64,000 nt of DNA, taken from assembly GCA_002269645.1 (NCBI GenBank), contig NIVC01002193.1:62001-126000 (forward strand), given 5' to 3'. The position numbers and the translations under genes were made by a program. A model generated the notes under the pieces. That model did no database searches. It worked only from the letters and a program-made list of their open reading frames with translations, and was not told the origin of the DNA. Shown piece by piece: positions 13,601 to 24,454 of this stretch (its first letter is position 1; each line of letters opens with the position of its first letter). Source of the DNA: Macrostomum lignano (lineage: Eukaryota).

Positions 13601-14500
13601 TTTTGTATAGTATAAGCTATAATTATAGTGGTAAGAAATTAGTATTAGCATTAGTATAGTATTCTGCCATGATTAATATAGTATTTTTTATTAATAGATA
13701 TTATCTTTATACTTTTTACTAATATAGTCATGACATAGGCAAAACCATAGTATAGTCTATAGATACATTCTTCTAAAATGACTATTTTTGTACCAATAGC
13801 TATAAGAATGAAGTTTTATATAGGTATATTGGTAACAACTATTCAGTCCTTTTTTAGTTATATGTATTCAAGTAATATAAATTGATATATAATTAATTGG
13901 TATATCCGTTCATTATATATATGCTATGCATAGTTATTATGTTTAAATATAGTATCTTATGCAATATTTTAGATTTAAAATACTCAAAAGAATTATATTT
14001 AATATAAGTAAGTCAATGGACAAAAGCATTGAAAATCTTTTGATTTATTTTTTAGTTAAAAATGTTTATTATTATTATAAGTACATGATTTTTTTTAAAC
14101 AGTCAACAAAATATCATTGCATATATTTTTTTAATTTTATGACTAATAAGTTTCAAAGGTAGGCCTAAGCTAAATGAATATAAAATAATGTTATATAGCA
14201 TTTGATAAAAAAATGTATAATAATATTTAATTACAAAAGTGCTTTTGAATTACAAAAAGTTAAAATTGAATAATTTTGTAATCAAAGAGAGAAAATTAAA
14301 ACTATACCCTTGAAGTTTGAAGCCCACTAGGCCTATGCTATGAAGTTTAATCTTCCTAACAATGATGGTGCTGATAATAACTACTAGACCTATGATTTAA
14401 CTGTCTTACCATTTCTTTTCCATAGCTAATTTCTCAATTTTTTCAATTCTACTAAAGTGAATTAATCTATACCAAATTGTGCTAATTTTATCAGCCAATC

Positions 14501-16103
14501 ATGGACCCATTGCCATACAAGCTGACATCTGTGCCTGACTATCGCGACTCTGGCTTTGACTGTTTAGTTATTGTTGGCGATGATCCAACTGCCCTTGGTG
14601 ATGGTCTGAGCGACCTGGCGCCCATTCTGACTGCTTACTGCCAGGTGAGATATGAGAGCATGGTATTATAGATGTGCAAATGGTCTTGGTCACAAGAGTG
14701 AGCAGTCTATTGAATTTTAGAGTCAGTACATGGGCGCTATAGTAGGCATTCAGACTGCTGGAGTAGATATTCAGACTTGCTAGAGTAGGTATTCAGACTG
14801 CTAGAGTAGGTATTCAGACTGCTAGAGTAGACATTCAGACTGCTAGATTAGGCATTCGGACTGCTAGAGTAGGCATTCGTACTGCTAGAGTAGACATTCG
14901 TACTGCTAGAGTAGACATTCGTACTGCTAGAGTAGACATTCGTACTGCTAGAGTAGACATTCGTACTGCTAGAGTAGACATTCGTACTGCTAGAGTAGAC
15001 ATTCGTACTGCTAGAGTAGACATTCAGGCTGCAAGAGTTCCAACTCAATGCCGCCTTTCGCTTACCCGTCACCAGGCGGACGCCGCGGTCCTGGAAGCCG
15101 GCTCCGTTGCGCTGATCCCGTCCGGTCCCCAAGGCCGTCTGCTGTTCAGCAACAGCGGCCGTCTCAACCGCGACCAGGACGACCTTCGTCGGATTTACGA
15201 CGCAGCTGGCGCCGGCCTGACAAGAGCGGTTGGTGCCGGCGCCAGGCGCCCCCTACTGACTGTTGCCAAGCTGGCCAGCCTGCCAGTGGGGCGCGAACCC
15301 TGGGCCACGCAGCCGGCCGCCGATCGTGCGGCGCTGCTAGGCGCCATGCAGGCCCTGTACACCCCGCTGGAGCTGCGCGACATCGGCCGGCGGCCGAAAA
15401 TCGACCAGCTGGGTTTCAGGCCGAGCTCGGCGGGCGAGGCCGGCGAGTCGCAGCTTCGGCTGGCCGCCGCGCTGGAAGCCGGGCGCATCCTGGCCAGGGA
15501 CATCGGCGGCTCCGATCCCGAACGGATGACGGCGAAGCGGGCGGCCGAGCTGATCCGCTCGATCCTCGGCGAGGACGCCGGCGTCACCGTGGAAGTGGAG
15601 GAGCGGGTGGATCCGGCCAAGTACCCGCTGATGGCCGCGGTGGACCGCGCCGCATCCGGAGTGCCGCGGCACGCCGGCTGTGTTGTCCATCTGAGCTACC
15701 GGGGCTCCGGCGACTGCCCCCAGCCACTGCTGTTCGTCGGCAAGGGCATCACCTACGATACGGGCGGCGCCGACGTCAAGGCCGGGGGTCACATGGCCGG
15801 CATGCACAGGTAGAATTCTGTCACACGTCTGTCACATGACCCCTGGTTCAATTCCGTGCAAGGTCACAATAATTTGTGAGGGCTTGTCGTGCGATTCACA
15901 GCCATCAGGGCCAACCCCCAAGGTACAGAGAGTGTACATGCCTGACGATTAAAAAGTCAGGGCTGCTGTACACCCTGTGTGAGCGGTGTATGAGTGCTTG
16001 GCTGTGTACAGTATTGGCAAGGATTGTGAAGGAAAATAAGAGTACGGTTTAATTCGAGTTCAAAACTGAACAGCCACAGAAAGCCAGACAGACAGACAGA
16101 CAC

Positions 16104-16172
<69 letters not shown>

Positions 16173-18553
16173 GTGATAGAGGTGCGCCACGATGATCAAG
16201 CTCATCGGACTGTTGCACTGGATTTTCGTTCTCCTTAAGTGATAGAGGTGCGCCACGATGATCAAGCTCATCGGACTGTTGCACTGGATTTTCGTTCTCC
16301 TTAAGTGATAGAGGTGCGCCACGATGATCAAGCTCATCGGACTGTTGCACTGGATTTTCGTTCTCCTTAAGTGATAGAGGTGCGCCACGATGATCAAGCT
16401 CATCGGACTGTTGCACTGGATTTTCGTTCTCCTTAAGTGATAGAGGTGCGCCACGATGATCAAGCTCATCGGACTGTTGCACTGGATTTTCGTTCTCCTT
16501 AAGTGATAGAGGTGCGCCACGATGATCAAGCTCATCGGACTGTTGCACTGGATTTTCGTTCTCCCTAAGTGATAGAGGTGCGCCACGATGATCAAGCTCA
16601 TCGGACTGTTGCACTGGATTTTCGTTCTCTTTTTCGACTTGGGATTCTGATCGCTGCGGCTTGAGCCGTCGACGCTTACAGTCTTTCTCAACAAGGTCCT
16701 TTTGATCTGACAGTCTCGTTCTCGTCGAAGTCCAGTGAATAACAACTTTCCTAGGTGTAGGACCGTTGTCTTCCTCCTCTCGAGAATTCTCTAGTGCTTT
16801 GTGCGTCTTCTCGATTTCCTTCCGATTGTCCTCCGATTCTTCTAAGTCGGCATCAATGTCGTTAATCTCTATTTCTTCCAGCGTTTTGCCTTTCAGTTGC
16901 CCCAGCTTTCCTGTCTCGATCGCCAACATGAGTTTGCACACTTTTGCGAGCTCGATCGTTCTTTCATGTATACGATAAAAAGTGTGATGCACCTGGATGC
17001 TATGGTCCAGGTGCCTCGAAAGCCAGCCTAATTCATTCTCATTCAGCTCCAGCACTTGGGACACAGTTGCAACATACTTTCGTAACTTTGTCGAAGTTAG
17101 TCGCTCAGGATGCCTTAGCTCTTGGCAGGATGAGACAACGTTTTGAATGGCTTCAAAGAGAGACATGTACCGCAGGCCATTCAGCTGACTAAAGACGTAT
17201 TCGTTTTTTTCGGGACAAACACGAGTGCTGATAAGACCATCAATTAGAAGACCGACTTCTGTAGGCACGAGTAGAGGCACAGGATTTTCCGCTCGCTTTC
17301 CACGGACCCTGCATTTTTTATTATTCTACAGGTTAGAAATCCGCGGCCCCCCCCCGCCTCCGCTCGCAGGGACAAGTGCGGAGCCGCGGCCATAGCCGGC
17401 CTGTTCCGCACCCTGCAGCTGCTCCGTCCGCCCCGAGTCGAGGCGCACGCCAGCTTAGCTTTCGTCCGCAACTCCATCGGCTCGAACAGCTACGTGGCGG
17501 ACGAGATCATCACCAGCCGGGCGGGCGTCCGGGTTCGAGTCGGCAACACCGACGCCGAGGGTCGCATGGTGATGGCCGACCTGCTCTGCCTCATGCGCGA
17601 GCGCGCTCTGGGCCTGCCGAACCCCTCGGCCGCCAGCCTGTTCACCGTGGCCACCCTCACCGGTCACGTGATCCGGGCCTACGGCGTCAACTACGCCGCC
17701 GCCTTGGACAACGGGCCGGCCAGGCTGAAGGACACCAGCGCCCGGCTGCAGAGGGCCGGGGATCTGGTGGCCGATCCGTTCGAGGTGAGTGAAGCTAATG
17801 GCTAGCGGCTGCCATACGGACTCCTAGGGTGATTATCAGAGTGATTATCAGAGTGACTTCTAGAGTAATTATCAGAGTGACTTCTAGAGTAATTATCAGA
17901 GTGACTCCTAGGATGATTTTCAGTGTGACTCCTAGGTTGATTATCCGAGTGACTCCTAGGGTGATTATCAGAGTGACTCCTAGGATGATTTTCAGAGTGA
18001 CTCCTAGGTTGATTATCCGAGTGACTCCTAGGGTGATTATCAGAGTGACTCCTAGGGTGATTATCAGAGTGACTCCTAGGATGATTATCCGATTGACTCC
18101 TAGGGTGATTATCAGAGTGACTCCTAAGATGATTATCAGAGTGACTCCTAAGGTGATTATCAGAGTGACTCCTAAGGTGACTATCAGAGTGACTCCTAAG
18201 GTGATTGTCAGAGTGACTCCTAAGGTGATTATCAGAGTGACTCCTAAGGTGATTATCAGACTGACTCCTAAGGTGATTATCAGACTGACTCCTAGAGTGA
18301 TTCACTGCTCAGCGGGCTGGGTCAGTGCAAAGCTGTTAGCAACCAGCGCACCCCCGCACCCCTTTCGTGCAGATCTCCACCATCCGCCGCGAGGACTACA
18401 ACATGGTGGCCCCGAAAACCGAGGCCGAGGACGTGCTGCAGTGCAACAACGAGCCGAGCTCGGGCACCTCCCGCGGGCACCAGTTCCCTGCCGCCTTCCT
18501 CATCCGCGCCGCTGGGTTGGACAAGGTGATTCCAGTGGTCCATTGGTCTGCTA

Positions 18554-18594
<41 letters not shown>

Positions 18595-18595
18595 G

Positions 18596-18666
<71 letters not shown>

Positions 18667-18672
18667 GTCTTG

Positions 18673-18748
<76 letters not shown>

Positions 18749-18757
18749 GTCTGTCTA

Positions 18758-18796
<39 letters not shown>

Positions 18797-19004
18797 GTCT
18801 GTCTGTCTGTCTGGCACACCAATGCACCGTTAGTATTGAAGCTCTCCCTATTCCTAATCGCAGCACGGGCTGGACTCGGACCGGCCAATCGCCTACACGC
18901 ACATCGACGTGGCCGGCAGCTCTGGCGACTATCCCGACCCCGCCACAGCGTCGCCGCTGCTGGCCCTGGCCGCTCGCTACATTCTGCCGGATCTTTCCGG
19001 CTGA
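14501..19004 (+). CDS. M17 leucyl-aminopeptidase family protein (W07G4.4-like), 5 exons, ~528 aa
   Basis: Exons 14501-14644, 15076-15809, 17370-17784, 18373-18525, 18864-19004; all GT-AG and phase-consistent (1587 nt). M17 metal-site motifs [24 protein letters not shown] and GNTDAEGRM; C-terminal YTHIDVAGS. Confidence 0.92.
14755..15030 (+). repeat. 21-bp minisatellite in aminopeptidase intron 1
   Basis: Unit CTGCTAGAGTAGACATTCGTA. Confidence 0.9.
15811..16020 (+). mobile_element. tRNA-derived SINE, second family, at the start of aminopeptidase intron 2
   Basis: B box GGTTCAATTCC, then TTGTCGTGCGATTCACAGCC..GGGCCAACCCCCAAGG..GTGTACATGCCTGACGAT, shared with copies at 32.3, 39.2, 61.9 and 63.4 kb. 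Confidence 0.65.
16086..16170 (+). repeat. (GACA)n microsatellite
   Basis: Directly visible. Confidence 0.95.
16172..17313 (-). mobile_element. 5'-truncated Crypton-like tyrosine-recombinase transposon fragment in aminopeptidase intron 2, ending in 7 x 66-bp repeats
   Basis: Open frame [14 protein letters not shown]...[43 protein letters not shown]...[14 protein letters not shown]...KGKTLEEI matches the recalled C-terminal half of animal Crypton-like tyrosine recombinases. Seven [21 protein letters not shown](K) units at 16172-16630. Confidence 0.7.
17822..18303 (+). repeat. 24-bp minisatellite filling aminopeptidase intron 3
   Basis: Unit GAGTGACTCCTAAGGTGATTATCA. Confidence 0.95.
18552..18812 (+). 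repeat. (TCTG)n microsatellite in aminopeptidase intron 4
   Basis: Directly visible. Confidence 0.95.
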
Positions 19005-19411
19005 AATATTTATATCAGTCTAAGATTGCTGATGTTTTTGTCGGGCATAAAAAACACTTTACTCGCCTACTAACAGTAGAGTTGTGTGACGTAACATTCT
19101 GAAAAAAAATTAGTTTTCAATTAGGAAATTTTCAAAACGAAAATCAAGCGCCTCTCAATAATTTTTTAAATTGGACAATTGATTTTTAATTAAAATTCGT
19201 ATTATCGCACTTACGCTAACAAGTAGTCTATAAAACAGTTTTTTTCTCGTCAATTAATGAAAAATGATGCGCTTTTGCTCAATAAAAACCAGTTTCGAAA
19301 TTTTTCCTTTATTATTATTCACTACCCGGATCCGGTGTATTGATTTTTAATTGCTGACTCGGAGCTACGATCTTTATCATTTTTTCGTTCCGTACTTGTA
19401 TAGTTGTTATC

Positions 19412-19585
19412 AGTGAGTCACTCACTTGGATACTGCAGTGAATGAACTGAGTCACTCACTTGGATACTGCAGTGAATGAACTGAGTCACTCACTTGGATA
19501 CTGCAGTGAATGAACTGAGTCACTCACTCACTTGGATATTGCAGTGAATGAACTGAGTCACTCACTAGGATATTGCAGTGAATAC
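19412..19585 (+). repeat. 34-bp tandem repeat (~5 copies), each unit containing TGAGTCA
   Basis: Unit GAGTCACTCACTTGGATACTGCAGTGAATGAACT. Confidence 0.85.
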
Positions 19586-20106
19586 ATTGTGTCACCACTC
19601 TGGGTATTCTATTGAAGTAACGAAATCATGGAATTAAATCTTTCTATTTCGCTGAATTTTGAGTTGTGCGCAAAGTGCACATGCAGCTTGCTGAGGTCAT
19701 TAGGAACTACACTTATCTGCTATATGTATTTGCCCTTTCACGTACCCAACAGCTGCAACCTTCCAGCCAGATAAATTGACCTAGAATTGTCACAGGGCCG
19801 CAGGCACCGGTATTGAGTTTCTAACCTGGAATGTTTGCATTTTGTCAATCTGTGCCCGTATGCATAATTTCGCTCTGATTAGAAGCGGGGGTCCACCTGA
19901 CTTTGGTAGCCGACGTTAGCTCTCCCTTATCAATCATGTTCAACAGACTTTCATTTTCCGCATCAGCGCTTCAAACTAGTTTGGCCGCCTGTATAAAAAA
20001 GACATTTTCTTGCTTGACTAGGAGCCAGACAGCTCATTCAATTCAGTGAAAAAGTCAAGCTGCCGCTGACCGCGGGGCGAATTCGACCTAGGAGGAGAAG
20101 CAGGTG

Positions 20107-20448
20107 ATGAAGAATGTACATGTGCACTTCTCCGATGTTGTGACAGTGCGAACGTTTGCGATCGTCCAACTGGAAACATCGGAGGAAGAGGAGCAGGCGG
20201 AGGAGTCCAGAGGCAGCGATCACGGAGTTGAGGATGTGGAAGGCGCCAAGGCTGATGCGCCGCCGTCCGGAGCCCCCGTCGAAGAAGTTGATGGGGCGGC
20301 CGCTATCAATGCCAAGAAGGGCTGGAGTCTTGTCGGCGTCGGGCAGGCCCTGCGGCATCTGCTGCCGCCGCTGAACCATCACCAGCATCGGCAGTACGAG
20401 CTGCACAGGTGCCACGGTCGGCAGGCGATGCACGTGGTGGCTCATTAA
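20107..20448 (+). CDS. Putative small acidic protein or exon of an unidentified gene
   Basis: GC-rich island with coding-like codons (gag gag cag gcg gag gag): MKNVHVHFSDVVTVRTF...EEEEQAEE...HHQHR. No family recognised. Confidence 0.3.
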   Translation: MKNVHVHFSDVVTVRTFAIVQLETSEEEEQAEESRGSDHGVEDVEGAKADAPPSGAPVEEVDGAAAINAKKGWSLVGVGQALRHLLPPLNHHQHRQYELHRCHGRQAMHVVAH

Positions 20449-20769
20449 TTCCTTGACTTGGGGGTATGGTGAACTGTTCTTGTCTACTGATTGAGTATCA
20501 ACAAAACTTTTTTGGAGAACATTGTTGTCAAATAAGTCATCTCATTGCTTAAGTAGAAAGATCTACGGCTTAATCATCTAATTTTGCATTGCTTAATAAT
20601 GTACTCAACTCAAATACGGATAGCATGAGGCTATTGGGAAGAGATAGTCGTCTGTGCAGTCTTTACGAATTATAACTGAATATTTAGTGGTATATAAATG
20701 CACTCATAATAAAAAACGTTCGAGTATTTAAGATTTTTTATGATCCATGCGAACTTATCAATAGTTCCA

Positions 20770-21476
20770 CGCTCCGTGTGCAAACTGGGACAGAGAATGT
20801 CTTCCATCTGGATCCGCTCCGTGTGCAAACTGGGACAGAGAATGTCTTCCATCTGGATCCGCTCCGTGTGCAAACTGGGACAGAGAATGTCTTCCATCTG
20901 GATCCGCTCCGTGTGCAAACTGAAACTGGGACAGAGCTTGTCTTCCATCTGGATCCGCTCCGTGTGCAAACTGGGACAGAGAATGTCTTCCATCTGGATC
21001 CGCTCCGTGTGCAATCTGGGACAGAGATTGTCTTCCATCTGGTTCCGCTCCGTGTGCAAACCGGGACAGAGCTTGTCTTCCATCTGGTTCCGCTCCGTGT
21101 GCAATCTGGGACAGAGATTGTCTTCCATCTGGTTCCGCTCCGTGTGCAATCTGGGACAGAGATTGTCTTCCATCTGGTTCTGCTCCGTGTGCAAACCGGG
21201 ACAGAGATTGTCTTCCATCTGGTTCTGCTCCGTGTGCAATCTGGGACAGAGATTGTCTTCCATCTGGTTCTGCTCCGTGTGCAATCTGGGACAGAGATTG
21301 TCTTCCATCTGGTTCTGCTCCGTGTGCAAACTGGGACAGAGATTGTCTTCCATCTGGATCCGCTCCGTGTGCAATCTGGGACAGAGATTGTCTTCCATCT
21401 GGTTCTGCTCCGTGTGCAAACTGGGACAGAGCTTGTCTTCCATCTGGTTCTGCTCCGTGTGCAAACTGGGACAGAA
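20770..21476 (+). repeat. 45-bp minisatellite (~16 copies)
   Basis: Unit CTCCGTGTGCAAACTGGGACAGAGATTGTCTTCCATCTGGTTCCG. Confidence 0.95.
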
Positions 21477-21818
21477 TGATCTTTGTGTCAGGGAATACTA
21501 ATCCTAAAATTATTCAATAATTCACAGTTCTGTGTTTGGATTAGGCAGACGAGTACGAAAAAAAGATAGAGACTTTATTAAATATACAGCTCGTAAAGCG
21601 CATTGCATCGTGCTTTTTATTCCATTGTACACCCTGCATGCGATGCTCGACACGTGAGGCCAGCAATGTCTTGTATTGCCTGTAAAATACAGACAATAGT
21701 GGAGAGAGACAGAGAGACAAGCCTATGCGTGCGCATATAAAAGCCCATGCTGTGCAGGAGAATACGAACAGCTAATTAAGTCAGCTAAGCCAAGAAGACA
21801 CACCTGCATGCGGCAGCA

Positions 21819-23642
21819 ATGAGCAACAGCGAAGCCACTGACAAGCGGCATTTGGAGCAGCAAATCGATCAGCTGCTCGACCGCCACCGAGCCAGCCTGG
21901 ACCGGCTGAGCAGCGCGCAGTTGCGCAGCCTGGCCAGAAGGTTCAACACTGGCGATGGCCAGAAGCGCTGGACCTGCATGCGGTGGACCGGCCGGCTGCT
22001 CCTGTGCCTGACGGCCGCAGCGGCCCTGATGCTCACGCTGAGCCTCGAGCTCGTGGCCGGCGGCTACGCCACGCAGAGCACCGCTTGGCTGGCCGCCTCC
22101 GACCTGTACGTGCAGAAGCTGTTCCGGCGGGTGTCGCATTCGCTGCGGCTCTACGACACCGAGGCCGGGCGCAATCTGGGCGGCTGCCTGCTGGCGAACC
22201 CATTCAACAGGCGACCGCAGCCGCTCTGCTGCGGCTGTGGCCAGCTGGCCGTCACCCGGGTGCGCGTCGATCAGGCCAACCTGACGGCAGTCGCCCAGCT
22301 CATCGACTCGCTGTACAGCCGGGTGGTGAAGCCCTTCCAGGTGGCTGGCACTCCGGCGATGCCGCGGTGGCCGTCGGACGAGGCGGAGGTTGATTTCGCC
22401 GCGCTGGCCAGCTTTGTGGCCGAGAATCGGCCGGATTTCGAGCGAGGCGGCAACCAGCTCGAGACGCTGCGATGTACCAGGAAGGGCGTTCCGTTGATTT
22501 GGGCCAGTCGACTGTGCGATGCTTCAAGGACCTGTTCCCGGCTCGGGAATCGGGGCCTGCACGGGCTGAGCTGCCGCCGCCCGGACAGGTGAGTCAGCTG
22601 CATTTATGATTCTCTGCCCAGTTCTGCTGTGCATTTCTCTCCTTCAGTGATCTCCCTTCTCTTTCAGTGACCTCCCTTCTTTTTCAGTGATCTCCCTTCT
22701 CTTTCAGTGACCTCCCTTCTCCTTCAGTGACCTCCCTTCTCTTTCAGTGACTTCCCTTCTCCTTCAGTGACTTCCCTTCTCTTTCAGTGACTTCCCTTCT
22801 CCTTCAGTGACTTCCCTTCTCCTTCAGTGACTTCCCTTCTCTTTCAGTGACCTCCCTTCTCCTTCAGTGACCATCCTTCGCCTTCAGTGACCATCCTTCG
22901 CCTTCAGTGACCATCCTTCGCCTTCAGTGACCATCCTTCGCCTTCAGTGACCATCCTTCGCCTTCAGTGACCATCCTTCGCCTTCAGTGACCATCCTTCG
23001 CCTTCAGTGACCATCCTTCGCCTTCAGTGACCATCCTTCGCCTTCAGTGACCATCCTTCGCCTTCAGTGACCATCCTTCGCCTTCAGTTACCATCGTTCG
23101 CCTTCAGTGACCATCCTTCGCCTTCAGTGACCATCCTTCGCCTTCAGTGACCCCATTCTAATGACATAATTATTTAACCCGCCGTTCAGGTGCTGCTGTG
23201 GTCTTTTCATCACCTGTCGGCCATTCGAGCCCTCCGCCGGCTGGTGCCCCGGCCGCGCTACTTCGGCCAGCGCACAGAGCGAATGGGCGCCGTCTCGCTG
23301 CTGCTGGCCGGCCGCGCCTTGCCACCTGGCCGCCTGTTCTCGGCTGGCGACTTCGCCGAGAGGCGCCAGCTTGCCTTCGCCCTGCCGCTCAGCGGCCGCC
23401 TGACGGCCCGACTGGCTCCGAAGGCCGCCTGCTGCGACGGCGACAAACCGCCCCAGTCGGCGCCGATCGACTTGGCGCCTGGCAGGGCGCTGATTTTCCC
23501 TACCGACTGCTACGAGCTGCTGGTTGGGAGGCCACCGGCTGCTGACGGCACTGCCGGCCTTGACGACCGGGCAGCGCTGGTGCAGATCGGCTTCATCTAC
23601 AATGGGGCGCATCCTGCCAAGAGAAAGCAGCCCAGGACTTAG
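21819..23642 (+). CDS. C6orf89/BRAP-like membrane protein, paralog A; one apparent 1-nt deletion at ~22471
   Basis: Exon 1 21819-22588 (N-terminal TM; CLLANPFNRRPQPLCCGC; GTGAGT donor) and exon 2 23190-23642 (SAIRALRRLVPRPRYF). Adding one base in CTGCG/ATG gives ...LRMYQEGRSVDLGQSTVRCFKDLF...ELPPPGQ|VLLWSF, which fixes the splice phase and aligns with paralog B. Family call is from recalled motifs. Confidence 0.7.
22640..23150 (+). repeat. 20-bp minisatellite filling the intron of paralog A
   Basis: Units CCTTCAGTGACTTCCCTTCT, then CCTTCAGTGACCATCCTTCG. Confidence 0.95.
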
Positions 23643-23662
23643 GCTTAGGCTATTTTGAGTCT

Positions 23663-23865
23663 GGGATTTCCCTTTCCCCAAACTAGAGGTCATCAAGGTT
23701 GGGATTTCCCTTTCCCCCAAACTAGAGGTCATCAAGGTTGGGAATTCCTTTTTCTCCAAACTAGAAGTCATCAAGGTTGGGATTTCCTTTTCCCCCAAAA
23801 TAGAAATCAACAAGGTTGAGATTCCCTCTACCGCCAACTAGAGGTCATCAAGGTTGGAATTCCCC
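23663..23865 (+). repeat. ~39-bp tandem repeat (~5 copies), each unit beginning GGGATTTCCC-like
   Basis: Unit GGGATTTCCCTTTCCCCCAAACTAGAGGTCATCAAGGTT. Confidence 0.85.
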
Positions 23866-24454
23866 TCTGGAATCCCTCTTTTCGGCGATATTACAAACAG
23901 GAGATTTAAGCAGGGATTCCTCTTACCCAAAACCTGGTATTTTTAAAGCTGAGACTGCGCTCACCGATACCAACTCCAAGGGATTTCCCTTTCAATTTCA
24001 ACAATTTTGCTTTTGAATGTTTGCTAGCTAATATTTTGAAGAATACCAACAAAATCTTGCTGCGCACACTAAATCTGCAAAAATAATAAAACTGTTATGA
24101 AACATAAGAATTCAGATGATTACTCATGCGCTTATTCTGCTCAAGATCTGTCCAGGTACGAGCGTAAAATGAGAGACACCTGGGAAAGAGAACGAATTCA
24201 TTTTAGTGACAGACACAGCGTTGAGGCACCATTTTCATAACTCGCCATGCCATGCTATGCTAGGAGAATTCACGAGCCACACAGCCATCGCGAGCTGAAA
24301 CACGTGCCACCCCCCACCTACCCGAGGGGAGGCAGCACAATAGACAAAAGGCCTCATCATAAAAGCAGCCAACGAGAGTATTCTAATTGCCAGCCACGAG
24401 CTCGGCAGAGCAACCCTAGCCACAGGCAAGCAAAGCTCAAGCAGCATAGCAACA

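Noticed and set aside
15805-15850. SINE A box donating the aminopeptidase intron-2 splice donor
   Set aside because: The similarity is limited to GGTAGA, which is too short to support the claim.
15048-17792. Alternative-frame and antisense ORFs over GC-rich exons (15048-15839, 15195-15620, 15337-15807, 17376-17792; likewise over 22-25 kb)
   Set aside because: They are shadows of real GC-rich coding exons and have no independent motifs.
14501-19004. Bacterial origin or contamination of the GC-rich aminopeptidase
   Set aside because: Four phase-consistent GT-AG introns and motifs of the animal W07G4.4-like subfamily.
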